In this document: piece by piece, positions 42,838-51,170 of the stretch
Layout: every line of letters begins with the position of its first letter
Position numbering within the stretch: the first letter of the stretch is position 1
Origin: Candidatus Moranbacteria bacterium UBA2206
GTDB lineage: Bacteria > Patescibacteriota > Minisyncoccia > Moranbacterales > UBA2206
DNA: 61,255 nt
Direction: 5' to 3'
Assembly (NCBI GenBank): GCA_002328565.1
Contig: DCUU01000020.1
Coordinates: 1-61,255, forward strand
The notes under the pieces: model-generated
Databases searched by the model: none
The model's input: the letters and a program-made list of their open reading frames with translations, nothing else
What the model was told of the DNA's origin: nothing
Position numbers and translations under genes: made by a program

Positions 42838-44643
42838 ATGGGAACCGAAATAGAAGAAATAAAAGCAAAACTCAATATAGTTGATGTTTTGGGCGAATAT
42901 ATTCGACTGGACAAGGCAGGGGCTAATTATAGGGCACTCTGTCCTTTTCATAATGAAAAATCCCCGTCTTTTATGGTGAATGAAGAGAAACAGTTTTGGC
43001 ATTGTTTTGGTTGTCAAAAATCAGGCGATATCTTTGCTTTTGTGATGGAAATGGAAGGGTTGGAGTTTCGAGAAGCGTTGAATTCATTGGCTGAAAAAGC
43101 GGGAGTGAAACTGCAATCCTACAGTCCACAAAAATCGCAGGAGAAAAATCGAACATTGGAAATCTTAGAATTAGCCACGAAATTTTATGAAGTGCAACTG
43201 TGGAAAGGGGAGGGTAAGGAAAAAATATTGAAATATTTAAAAGATAGAGGGCTTAATGATGAAACTATCAAGGAATTTCGTTTGGGTTATGCGCCGAACG
43301 GCTGGAGAAATATATTGTCATTTTTATTAAAAAGAGGATATAAAATTGAAGAAATAAATAAAACGGGATTGCTTGTAAAAAAAGAAAATTCGCAAGATTA
43401 TTATGACCGCTTTAGGAATCGAATTATTTTTCCAATCGGCGATTTTTCAGGGAAAATTTTGGGTTATACGGCGCGGGTGACTCCCGGAGGTGATGAATCA
43501 CAAGCTAAATATGTCAATTCTCCAGAAACGGACTTTTATCATAAAAGTCGGATTCTCTATGGCCTAGACAGAGCTAAGATTGAGATAAAAAAGCAAGACG
43601 CAATTCTTTTGGTGGAAGGACAGATGGATGTGATTGCTTCACATCAAGCTGGGATAAAAAACACTGTAGCGGTGAGTGGTACCGCGCTTACGCTCGAGCA
43701 AATTGCTATTATAAAAAGATACACAAAAAATATTCAAATGTTTTTTGATATGGATAGTGCCGGGGAAAATGCCACCAAAAAAAGTGTGAAATTATGTTTG
43801 TCCAGTGGTATGGCAGTACGAATTGTGAGCTTGGAAAATGGAAAAGACGCGGCTGATATGGCCAAGGAAAACCCGAAAAAGTTAGAAGAAAATGTGGCTG
43901 GTGCGTTGCCTGTTATGGAATATTTTTTGAAAAGGACATTTGAAAAATTTGATAAAAATAAAGTGGAGGATAAGAAAAAAATAACCACAGAAATGTTGGA
44001 TATAATTTCAAATTTAGAAAATGAAGTGGAAAAAAATTATTGGATAAAAAAAGTTGCGCAAGGATTAGGTGTTTCAGAATCAGCATTGACGGATGAGCTT
44101 AAAAAGGCTAGTCTTAAAGATAAGAACTACAAAGATAGTGGCCCGAAAGAAGATATTGAAAGAATCGGACCAAAAACTAAAAAAGAGATGCTTATTTGGG
44201 AAATGATCGGCCTCATGTTGGTTTCGAGTTTTGTTTGGAAAAAAGCGGGAGAAGAAGCAAAAACAAATAAATTTTTCTTGCCGGATAATCTTTTTAAGCT
44301 GATGGTGGAAAAGGGAGAAGAAGTTAATTTTGATTTAGCAATTCTCTTGAATAAAATTATAGACAATAGAGAGCTTAGTGAAAAAGCGCAAACTCTATTC
44401 TCTCGCAAAAAATACCAATTGAATTTGAATAATAATTTAGAAGAAATAATAATCGAAGATCCTTGGAAAGAATTTCAGGCTTGTCAGCGAGAAATGGAGA
44501 GAGAGGAAAAAAAGGAAGAACTGAATCGCATAGGGAATGATTTGAAATTGGCCGAAGAAAGAAATGATGTGCAGGCAAAAATGTTTCTGCTCGAACAATC
44601 AGACAAAATTTCCAAAGAGTTAGCAAAATTAATGGAACTTTAA
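42838..44643 (+). CDS. dnaG: DNA primase
   Basis: Zinc-binding CPFHNEKSPSF...WHCFGC, RNA polymerase core (RIIFPI) and TOPRIM (LVEGQMDVI...DMDSAG). The ATG at 42838 is preferred. Confidence 0.95.
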   Translation: MGTEIEEIKAKLNIVDVLGEYIRLDKAGANYRALCPFHNEKSPSFMVNEEKQFWHCFGCQKSGDIFAFVMEMEGLEFREALNSLAEKAGVKLQSYSPQKSQEKNRTLEILELATKFYEVQLWKGEGKEKILKYLKDRGLNDETIKEFRLGYAPNGWRNILSFLLKRGYKIEEINKTGLLVKKENSQDYYDRFRNRIIFPIGDFSGKILGYTARVTPGGDESQAKYVNSPETDFYHKSRILYGLDRAKIEIKKQDAILLVEGQMDVIASHQAGIKNTVAVSGTALTLEQIAIIKRYTKNIQMFFDMDSAGENATKKSVKLCLSSGMAVRIVSLENGKDAADMAKENPKKLEENVAGALPVMEYFLKRTFEKFDKNKVEDKKKITTEMLDIISNLENEVEKNYWIKKVAQGLGVSESALTDELKKASLKDKNYKDSGPKEDIERIGPKTKKEMLIWEMIGLMLVSSFVWKKAGEEAKTNKFFLPDNLFKLMVEKGEEVNFDLAILLNKIIDNRELSEKAQTLFSRKKYQLNLNNNLEEIIIEDPWKEFQACQREMEREEKKEELNRIGNDLKLAEERNDVQAKMFLLEQSDKISKELAKLMEL

Positions 44644-44671
44644 TTTTTATATTATCTCTTAAATATTTACT

Positions 44672-46012
44672 ATGGCTAAAGTTAAAAAAAATAAGAAAAA
44701 AATCTTGAAAAATAAAAAAACTTCGAAGAAAATCAAGGTGAACCCGAAGAAGAATAAAAAGAAAAATCTTTCTGGAAAAAAGAAAGTTGTTTTTAAGAAG
44801 GCTAAAAAAAAGACTAAAATAGCGCCAAAAAAGAAGATTGAGAAAAAAAAGCCAGCCAAGAAAAAGGTCGTCAAGCAGATTTCCAAGAGGATGGAAGAAA
44901 AAAATTCCCAAAGACGTGGGGATATTGACGAATTGGTTTATCGCGGAAAACAAAGAGGATTTATCACTGAAGATGAGATCTTGCATGTAATTCCAGATGC
45001 AGAGAGGGATATTGAAAAATTGGAAGAACTCTATGAAAAATTAGAAAGCAAGAATATTCGAGTGGTTAATTCCGATGAAATGATTCGCATGGAAACAGAT
45101 AGGGTTTCTGAAGATTTTGACAAGCAGAAAACCGGCAAGAAAAAAACAAGAAAAGAAATGATGGATGTCGGTCCAGAAGAAGCTTCTTCGGATTTAGTAC
45201 AGATGTATCTTCGAGAAATTGGTCGAGTGGATCTTTTGAATACGGAAGAAGAAATAAGTTTAGCCAAAAGAATTGAAAAGGGTGATGCGATGGCCAAGCA
45301 AAGACTAACCGAAGCTAATCTTCGACTTGTGGTGAGTATCGCCAAAAAATATGTTGGTCGTTCACATAATCTTTCGCTTTTGGATTTGATTCAAGAAGGT
45401 AATATTGGACTTTTTCGCGCAGTGGAAAAATTTGACTATCGAAAAGGCTATAAATTTTCTACTTATGCAACTTGGTGGATTCGTCAAGCCGTCACTCGCG
45501 CACTAGCTGATCAATCTAGAACAATTCGTATTCCGGTGCATATGGTGGAAACGATTAATAAATATACGCAAATTACCAGAAGACTAGTGCAAGATCTTGG
45601 GCGTGAACCACTTCCGGAAGAAATTGCAGTAGAGATGGGAATAGAGGTGGACAAAATTCGCCACATCCAAAAAATTTCTCAAGAAACAGTTTCTTTGGAA
45701 ACTTCTGTCGGAGACTCTGACGACGACAGTGTACTTGGAGATTTCATTGAAGACACGGAAACAGTGATGCCCAATCAAATTGCCAGCCGAAAAATGCTCA
45801 AAGAACATGTGGTGGAAATTCTAAGAGACCTCACACCAAGAGAGCAAAAAATTCTGAAAATTCGTTTTGGTCTGGAGGATGGTGTAACTCATACCCTAGA
45901 AGAGGTGGGGCAGGAGTTTGGCGTGACTCGCGAACGAATCCGACAGATTGAAGCCAAGGCGCTGGAAAAAATTCGTGAACATAAAACTATCAAGAAACTT
46001 CGAGATTACTAA
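44672..46012 (+). CDS. rpoD: Primary RNA polymerase sigma factor with a poly-lysine N-terminal extension
   Basis: Region 2 ([36 protein letters not shown]), region 3 and region 4 ([20 protein letters not shown]). Confidence 0.96.
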   Translation: MAKVKKNKKKILKNKKTSKKIKVNPKKNKKKNLSGKKKVVFKKAKKKTKIAPKKKIEKKKPAKKKVVKQISKRMEEKNSQRRGDIDELVYRGKQRGFITEDEILHVIPDAERDIEKLEELYEKLESKNIRVVNSDEMIRMETDRVSEDFDKQKTGKKKTRKEMMDVGPEEASSDLVQMYLREIGRVDLLNTEEEISLAKRIEKGDAMAKQRLTEANLRLVVSIAKKYVGRSHNLSLLDLIQEGNIGLFRAVEKFDYRKGYKFSTYATWWIRQAVTRALADQSRTIRIPVHMVETINKYTQITRRLVQDLGREPLPEEIAVEMGIEVDKIRHIQKISQETVSLETSVGDSDDDSVLGDFIEDTETVMPNQIASRKMLKEHVVEILRDLTPREQKILKIRFGLEDGVTHTLEEVGQEFGVTRERIRQIEAKALEKIREHKTIKKLRDY

Positions 46013-46016
46013 AAAC

Positions 46017-46064
46017 GATGCTAATCTAGGAATAAATGCCAATCTACTAATTGCGAATAATATG
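46017..46064. repeat. 48-nt dispersed repeat, intergenic copy (pairs with the polA copy at 3728-3775)
   Basis: gatgctaatctaggaataaatgccaatctactaattgcgaataatatg. Confidence 0.8.
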
Positions 46065-46085
46065 AAGTTATCCACAGCTTCGGAT

Positions 46086-46113
46086 TTGACAAAAAAAATA
46101 GGTATGCTAAATT
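46086..46113 (+). promoter_or_regulatory. Promoter of small-ORF unit 1
   Basis: TTGACA (46086-46091), 16 nt, TAAATT (46108-46113), then 6 nt and the ATG. Confidence 0.55.
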
Positions 46114-46119
46114 AGTCTT

Positions 46120-46218
46120 ATGAAAAACATGCAAACTAAAATATCATTTATATTGTCTGTGATTATTTTGCTGGTCTTTGAGACCGGCCTTGGTTTACGT
46201 GAAATGAAAAAAGCATAA
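46120..46218 (+). CDS. Small apparently leaderless ORF 1 (32 aa, Ile/Leu/Val-rich): MKNMQTKISFILSVIILLVFETGLGLREMKKA
   Basis: The ATG lies 6 nt after the -10 box and there is no SD. It is paralogous in architecture and 3' sequence to 47194-47289. It is below the ORF-track length cut-off. Confidence 0.4.
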   Translation: MKNMQTKISFILSVIILLVFETGLGLREMKKA

Positions 46219-46245
46219 GGAAAAAAATCATTTCAAATAAATCAA

Positions 46246-46275
46246 GACCGATCTCTTCAAAAGGACCGGTTTTTT
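46246..46275 (+). terminator. Intrinsic terminator of unit 1 (candidate attenuator)
   Basis: ccgatct cttcaaa aggaccgg followed by tttttt. The 5' arm can alternatively pair with gagaccgg at 46180-46187, inside the small ORF. Confidence 0.55.
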
Positions 46276-46383
46276 AGTTCTTTAAAACAAAACTAGCAGT
46301 CAAAACAATAATTTTGCGAGAACTCGAAATTATTGGTTTGGCTGTTAGATGAAAATAAACAAAAATATTATACGGGAGGGAGT

Positions 46384-46590
46384 ATGGATATAATTGTTAT
46401 AAGACCCATAGCAACTATGGGTGAAGAAAAAGCAATAGTTTCTCCAGGGGAATATAAATTGGTGTTAGTTTATATAGTAAAAGAAGGAAGAGATCTATTT
46501 TTCTTTCTTGGGCTAGAGGGCATCTGCGTTGGAGTGACTATGTTATGTATAATGGAAAAAATTGGTCTGATAAAAATAAAAAAACAGTAA
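46384..46590 (+). CDS. Hypothetical small protein (68 aa) with a hydrophobic C-terminal half
   Basis: RBS gggaggga 5 nt before the ATG at 46384. The track ORF 46333..46590 starts upstream at a non-ATG codon. Confidence 0.45.
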   Translation: MDIIVIRPIATMGEEKAIVSPGEYKLVLVYIVKEGRDLFFFLGLEGICVGVTMLCIMEKIGLIKIKKQ

Positions 46591-46604
46591 GGTAAGGAGA
46601 AAAA

Positions 46605-46781
46605 ATGGATAACGATAAAGAAAAAAATATTATTCCAGATAAATCTGAAAAACCCCAGCCGTTCACGCAGATAATCTCTGCGCCGCCAATTGATTTGTCA
46701 GAGGCAATATTAAGGGCGGGGCTCGAAAAAAACAAGGGAATTCCAGTTACAGAAATTTTAACGGTTTATAAGAAATTATAA
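46605..46781 (+). CDS. Hypothetical small protein (58 aa)
   Basis: RBS aaggaga 6 nt before the ATG. Hand-translated as MDNDKEKNIIPDKSEKPQPF...TVYKKL. Not in the ORF track because it is under 60 aa. Confidence 0.4.
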   Translation: MDNDKEKNIIPDKSEKPQPFTQIISAPPIDLSEAILRAGLEKNKGIPVTEILTVYKKL

Positions 46782-46921
46782 AAAACTCTGTGCTACGGCA
46801 ATAGGGCTCGTAGTGTCCCGATACCCGGGTCTCCTTATTCTAGTTACTGGATACCCCATAACTAGAAAGTTAGGAAAGGCAGTGTTGAACAATTAGAGTA
46901 GTATAGGAGGGAGGTGAAAGT

Positions 46922-47071
46922 ATGGCGGAGGAAGATAACGCTCCGAGAGAGCAGTTATCATCCGCAGTTCTTCCTGATTGTAAAAAAGATCAACAACAAT
47001 CGCAAGGATGGGTTGGTCAAGGAGGATACGATCCGGATGACTGTGGAGATAATTTTATCGGTAGCCGATGA
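46922..47071 (+). CDS. Hypothetical small acidic/Gln-rich protein (49 aa)
   Basis: Strong RBS ggagggagg with 7-nt spacing to the ATG. Hand-translated as MAEEDNAPREQLSSAVLPDCKKDQQQSQGWVGQGGYDPDDCGDNFIGSR. It competes with the track ORF 46914..47162 in another frame. Confidence 0.35.
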   Translation: MAEEDNAPREQLSSAVLPDCKKDQQQSQGWVGQGGYDPDDCGDNFIGSR

Positions 47072-47158
47072 TAAATCATTTAGGCTATCGTGGGGAGAGC
47101 AGATGATTTCATCTGCTTCTCCTCAAACTCTAAAAATAAAGTCAGTTTTTATATATAG

Positions 47159-47187
47159 TTGACAAAAAAAATAGAAGGCGCTAAGAT
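47159..47187 (+). promoter_or_regulatory. Promoter of small-ORF unit 2
   Basis: TTGACA (47159-47164), 17 nt, TAAGAT (47182-47187), then 6 nt and the ATG. Confidence 0.55.
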
Positions 47188-47193
47188 AGCAAT

Positions 47194-47289
47194 ATGTTAA
47201 AACAACCTAGTCAAAAATTTTATAGCTTTTCTTACTTTTATTTCTGGTTTAGCCAGATCGGTTTTGTTTTGCATAAAATGAAAGCATAA
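47194..47289 (+). CDS. Small apparently leaderless ORF 2 (31 aa, aromatic-rich): MLKQPSQKFYSFSYFYFWFSQIGFVLHKMKA
   Basis: The ATG lies 6 nt after the -10 box. Nine of residues 9-19 are Phe, Tyr or Trp. A terminator follows. It lies upstream of the Phe/Tyr biosynthesis genes. Confidence 0.45.
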   Translation: MLKQPSQKFYSFSYFYFWFSQIGFVLHKMKA

Positions 47290-47316
47290 AAGACATATTC
47301 ATTTTAGATAAGCCAA

Positions 47317-47345
47317 AGCCGATCTCACGCGAGACCGGTTTTTTT
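47317..47345 (+). terminator. Intrinsic terminator of unit 2 (candidate attenuator)
   Basis: ccgatctc acgc gagaccgg followed by ttttttt. The 5' arm is perfectly complementary to agatcgg at 47255-47261, inside the small ORF. Confidence 0.6.
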
Positions 47346-47473
47346 GTTCTTTGAAACTGTTTTTTGGAGTTTTGATGGTTAAAATAATAATTTTATTTTT
47401 ATCTAGAATTTTTATTTTAACTATCAACACTAACCAACAAAAAACAAACAACAAGAAAGAGAGGAATTAAATT

Positions 47474-47869
47474 ATGAAAAAAGTAAATTTTACCGGCAGA
47501 AAAAGTCTTCCTGTTGATTTCGCTCAAATGACCGTGAATGATCTCGCATTGGCTCTGGAAATCATTAATAGTTTTTATGAAGATGCAGAGAAAAAAGACA
47601 GGGTCATTCAGCGCGATTTCAAGAAAGTCACTGTTCCCCTTAAGCTTCTCGCAAAAGTTTTTGGGGTGGAGTATTCAATAAATATTTCCAGAACAACAGA
47701 AATCGAAAAAACGCTTTCTGAAATTATGGAAAATATTAATGCTCTGTGTGATTTCGAGGAAACTTTTTTTCAAAGAATAAAAGAAAGTTTCCAAAAATCA
47801 GAAAAAAAACCCAAAACAAGAAAGATAGGTTTGGTCGAAAGAAAAGCTGGCGTTTACGTGGCTGGCTAA
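47474..47869 (+). CDS. Hypothetical protein (131 aa)
   Basis: RBS agagagga before the ATG. It is followed by a 9-bp stem (caatggcag/ctgccattg) with no T-run. No family recognised. Confidence 0.5.
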   Translation: MKKVNFTGRKSLPVDFAQMTVNDLALALEIINSFYEDAEKKDRVIQRDFKKVTVPLKLLAKVFGVEYSINISRTTEIEKTLSEIMENINALCDFEETFFQRIKESFQKSEKKPKTRKIGLVERKAGVYVAG

Positions 47870-47973
47870 GCAACTCTTTCTTGAAGCAATGGCAGACGGT
47901 AACACCCGCCTGCCATTGCCTCAAACTATTAAAATTGATAAACTTTAAATATTACTAAAAATAAATCAAACTT

Positions 47974-48549
47974 ATGTCTCAAAAAATTAAAATCGGTGTT
48001 TCGGGGAATCGAGGAAGTTTCTCGGAAGAAGCGGCTAATTATTATTGCGGAAAAAACAGCATAAATGAATACGAACTTTCCTATCTGACTAGTGTGGAAA
48101 ATGTTCTCTCGACATTGGACGAAGGAAAAATTGACAAGGGAGTTTTCCCAATTGAAAATTCTAATGGTGGAATTGTGATTGAGGCAGTGCAGGCTATGTC
48201 AAAACATATTTTCAACATTGAAAAAATGTTTGAAATAGACATCCGAATGAATTTGATGGCGAAAAAAGACATAAAATTAGAGGATATAAAAAAGATAACT
48301 TCTCATCAACAAGCGCTCAGACAATGTCGAATGTATCTCAAGCGAAAATGGCCGGAAGCAGAACTTTCTGAATATTGCGACACCGCTAGCGCAGCCAAAG
48401 ATTTGAGTGAGGGAACTTTGCCAGAAAATTCCGCGGTTATCGCTCCGAGAGTTTGCTCTGAGTTATATAATCTCGAACTCCTAGAAGAGGGGATCCAAGA
48501 TCTAAAGTTTAATTTTACAACTTTTATTGTGGCTGTTAAGGTTAAATAA
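47974..48549 (+). CDS. pheA: Prephenate dehydratase, catalytic domain only (no ACT domain)
   Basis: GNRGSFSEEAA, FPIENSNGGIV, SHQQALRQC and NFTTFIV match PDT-domain blocks. At 191 aa there is no room for an ACT domain. Confidence 0.8.
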   Translation: MSQKIKIGVSGNRGSFSEEAANYYCGKNSINEYELSYLTSVENVLSTLDEGKIDKGVFPIENSNGGIVIEAVQAMSKHIFNIEKMFEIDIRMNLMAKKDIKLEDIKKITSHQQALRQCRMYLKRKWPEAELSEYCDTASAAKDLSEGTLPENSAVIAPRVCSELYNLELLEEGIQDLKFNFTTFIVAVKVK

Positions 48550-48737
48550 AAGATTAAAAAATTTAATACTTATAGGACTTACGCATTTGCTCACGTCAAG
48601 ATATGCTCGTCGCAAAAGCAACTATGAAATTCAACAATTCGCCAGTAATTAAAAATTATTTAAAATAGAATATTTTCCTGGCGACTGCGTTAATATCTTT
48701 TCCGTAATCAAATGTGTGAGTCCTGAGTTATATTTTT

Positions 48738-49763
48738 ATGAAATCAAAGAAGAAAATTTGCATAGTGGGTCTTGGGCGTTTCGGGACGCTCATTGCTTCG
48801 ATTTTGAAAAAAGATTTTGAAGTTTCTGCGATAGTCAGTGATGCGAAAAAATATTCTGAAAAAGCAAAAAATTTAGGAATAAAAATCATAGACAAAGAAG
48901 ATTTGAAAAATTTTGACATCATCATTCTTTGCCCACCAATTTCAAAAACCGAACAAATAATCCAAGAAATTGGGCCACTCCTAAAAGAAAAATCAATGCT
49001 GGTTGACACTTGCTCAGTCAAAACTCTGCCTTGTCAGTGGATGAAAAAGCATGTGCCAAAAAACATTGAAATTTTAGGAACGCATCCAATGTTTGGGCCG
49101 GTGACGACAAAATTTAGCTTTGAAAAACAAACTTGGAAATTGGATGGCCTTCAGATTGTTCTTTGCCCTTTGAGAATAAATCAAAAAAGATTAGAAAGCA
49201 TAAGGAAATTTTTGAAAAAACTAAAATTGAAAGTGATTGAAACTACTCCCAAAGAGCATGACCGACAAAACGCCAAAACTTTGGCACTAGTGCATTTTCT
49301 AGGCCGAGCTTTGGTGGCTTCTGGTGTCAAAGAACAAGAAATTTTCACTCCGGGATATACTGATCTTTTGAAAATTATTCCTCACACCGCCAGCGACAAC
49401 TGGCAACTTTTTTTTGATATGAATAATTTCAATCCATTTTCCGAGAAGATTAGAAAAGATTTTTTGAGAAGTTGCCATAATTTGGATTTTAAGATTGCGG
49501 CTTCAGTTGGAGAGGATGAGCTGGAATCATCTAGAAATATAATTGATTCAGTTGATGAAAAGATATTTGAGCTTCTCAAAATTCGTTTTGGGGAAGTTGA
49601 GAAAATTGGAAAGATAAAAAAGAAAAGCGGAAAAAATGTTCGAGATATGGAAAGAGAAGAGAGAATTATTGAAAATAAAGTTAAAAAATTTAAAATGGAT
49701 AAAGAATTAGTGGAAAATATTTACAAAGCTATTTTTAATCATTCATATAAAATTCAAAAATGA
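48738..49763 (+). CDS. tyrA: Prephenate dehydrogenase fused to a C-terminal chorismate mutase (type II) domain
   Basis: ICIVGLGRFGTLIA Rossmann motif, GTHPMFGP, and the C-terminal IDSVDEKIFELLKIRF...RDMEREERIIE CM-like helices. Confidence 0.8.
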   Translation: MKSKKKICIVGLGRFGTLIASILKKDFEVSAIVSDAKKYSEKAKNLGIKIIDKEDLKNFDIIILCPPISKTEQIIQEIGPLLKEKSMLVDTCSVKTLPCQWMKKHVPKNIEILGTHPMFGPVTTKFSFEKQTWKLDGLQIVLCPLRINQKRLESIRKFLKKLKLKVIETTPKEHDRQNAKTLALVHFLGRALVASGVKEQEIFTPGYTDLLKIIPHTASDNWQLFFDMNNFNPFSEKIRKDFLRSCHNLDFKIAASVGEDELESSRNIIDSVDEKIFELLKIRFGEVEKIGKIKKKSGKNVRDMEREERIIENKVKKFKMDKELVENIYKAIFNHSYKIQK

Positions 49764-50863
49764 TACTCTCAAAAAGAATTCAAAAAATTGAAAGCTCGGG
49801 AATCAGAAAAGTTTTTGATTTAGCCGCCAAGAACAAGGGAAAATATGTGAATTTTTCTATTGGCCAACCGCATTTTGAGACACCGAAAAAACTTAAGATT
49901 TCAGCGCAAAAAGCTATTTCAGATAATTGCAATGCTTATACTCCAACCAAAGGAATCTTGAAACTCCGAGAAGAAATTTCTGAGAACCTCAAAAAAACAC
50001 GAAAAATCAAAGCTAATCCAGAAAATATTATTGTCACTGCCGGAACTTCTGGGGCGATTTTCTTGCTTTTTTCTTCAATTTTTGACCCAGGAGATGAAGT
50101 GATTTTGCCAGATCCATATTTTGTGATGTACCAACAAATGTTGAATTTTTTAGGAGTGAAGATAAAATACCTTGATACTTATCCAGACTTTCATATAAAT
50201 TCGAAAAAACTGGAAAAATTAATTAACAAAAAAACTAAAGCAATAGTTCTCAATTCTCCTAATAATCCAACCGGGGCAGTTTATACTAAAAGTGAAATTA
50301 AAAATATAGTCGAAGTTGCCAAGAAGAATGATGTATTAATTATTTCTGATGAAATTTATGACGCATATAATTATGATCAAAATTTTTTTTCGCCCGCTTC
50401 AATTTATGCAAAAACAATAATTCTCAGTGGTTTCTCTAAGAGTCACTCGATCACTGGTTGGAGAATAGGATATGCCTATGCATCAAATGAAATCATTGAA
50501 GCGATGAATAAGTTGCAACAATATACTTTCGTCTGCGCGCCTTCCTTTGCGCAATTTGCAATGCTGGGTAATATTGATTCAATTCCAAAAAATGAAATTG
50601 CAAATTACAAGAATAAAAGAAATTTTGTATATGAAAATCTCAAAGATTTATATGAAATAAATATGCCCGAAGGCGCTTTCTATGCTTTCATAAAAATTCC
50701 AAAAGATCAGAAAAATTTCCTCGAAAAACTTTTGAAAAATAATCTGCTGGTTGTGCCAGGGGAAGTTTTTTCTCAGAAAAAAGGCTACTTCCGAATCTCT
50801 TTTGCCGTGCCAGATTCAGAATTGAAAAAGGGGATAGACATTCTTAAAAAAGCAATTGCCTAA
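49760..50863 (+). CDS. Class I/II pyridoxal-phosphate aminotransferase (aspartate/aromatic type)
   Basis: NSPNNPTG, and SGFSKSHSITGWRIGY with the PLP lysine. Its start overlaps the tyrA stop by 4 nt. Confidence 0.88.
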   Translation: MILSKRIQKIESSGIRKVFDLAAKNKGKYVNFSIGQPHFETPKKLKISAQKAISDNCNAYTPTKGILKLREEISENLKKTRKIKANPENIIVTAGTSGAIFLLFSSIFDPGDEVILPDPYFVMYQQMLNFLGVKIKYLDTYPDFHINSKKLEKLINKKTKAIVLNSPNNPTGAVYTKSEIKNIVEVAKKNDVLIISDEIYDAYNYDQNFFSPASIYAKTIILSGFSKSHSITGWRIGYAYASNEIIEAMNKLQQYTFVCAPSFAQFAMLGNIDSIPKNEIANYKNKRNFVYENLKDLYEINMPEGAFYAFIKIPKDQKNFLEKLLKNNLLVVPGEVFSQKKGYFRISFAVPDSELKKGIDILKKAIA

Positions 50864-50904
50864 TCTTTGCTGGGATTTACACACTTAAAAATATTAAACG
50901 TTAA

Positions 50905-50937
50905 AATAAAACCTTCTTGTTGGAGGTTTTATTTTTT
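50905..50937 (+). terminator. Intrinsic terminator of the aromatic operon
   Basis: aaaaccttc ttgtt ggaggtttt followed by a T-run. Confidence 0.7.
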
Positions 50938-50943
50938 AAAAAT

Positions 50944-51058
50944 TGTCATTCTGAGCGAAGCCGAAGAATCTACTAAATAATAATTCTAGTAATAATAAAC
51001 AGCAGATCCTTCGACTACGTTCTGACGTTAAAACGCCATCACTCCGCTCAGGATGACA
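50944..51058. repeat. MITE-like element copy E (115 nt, intergenic, just upstream of the cop promoter)
   Basis: tgtcattctgagcg ... cgctcaggatgaca, a terminal inverted repeat of about 14 nt. Confidence 0.85.
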
Positions 51059-51078
51059 ACTATGGGAGATTGAAATAT

Positions 51079-51106
51079 TTGACAACTTTCGAGAGTAGTA
51101 TATGAT
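51079..51106 (+). promoter_or_regulatory. Promoter of the csoR-copA operon
   Basis: TTGACA (51079-51084), 16 nt, TATGAT (51101-51106). Confidence 0.6.
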
Positions 51107-51107
51107 G

Positions 51108-51124
51108 TACCTAGGGGGGAGGTA
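51108..51124. promoter_or_regulatory. Candidate CsoR operator (G-tract-centred inverted repeat)
   Basis: TACCT-AGGGGGG-AGGTA lies immediately after the -10 box. It resembles the GC-centred pseudo-palindromes bound by CsoR-family repressors. Confidence 0.5.
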
Positions 51125-51170
51125 TGTATAAAATTTTTAATTTTTAATTTACAATTTTTAAACTACAAAT

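Noticed and set aside
44375-44986. 203-aa and 75-aa minus-strand ORFs rich in Phe/Leu across the dnaG-rpoD junction.
   Set aside because: They are the antisense reading of the poly-lysine (AAA/AAG) N-terminal region of rpoD. It is a low-complexity artefact.
46914-47162. Track ORF of 82 aa starting at a GTG inside the Shine-Dalgarno sequence.
   Set aside because: The GGAGGGAGG site is optimally spaced for the ATG at 46922 in a different frame. The 82-aa frame would begin within its own RBS and run through the promoter of unit 2. Neither frame is proven.
46120-47289. Reading the two mini-ORF units as metabolite riboswitches.
   Set aside because: The RNA between promoter and terminator is only about 150 nt and largely AT-rich and unstructured, apart from the competing terminator and antiterminator arms. 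An ORF begins at the predicted +1. A peptide-coupled mechanism or a small membrane peptide fits better. I cannot exclude a purely RNA-based function.
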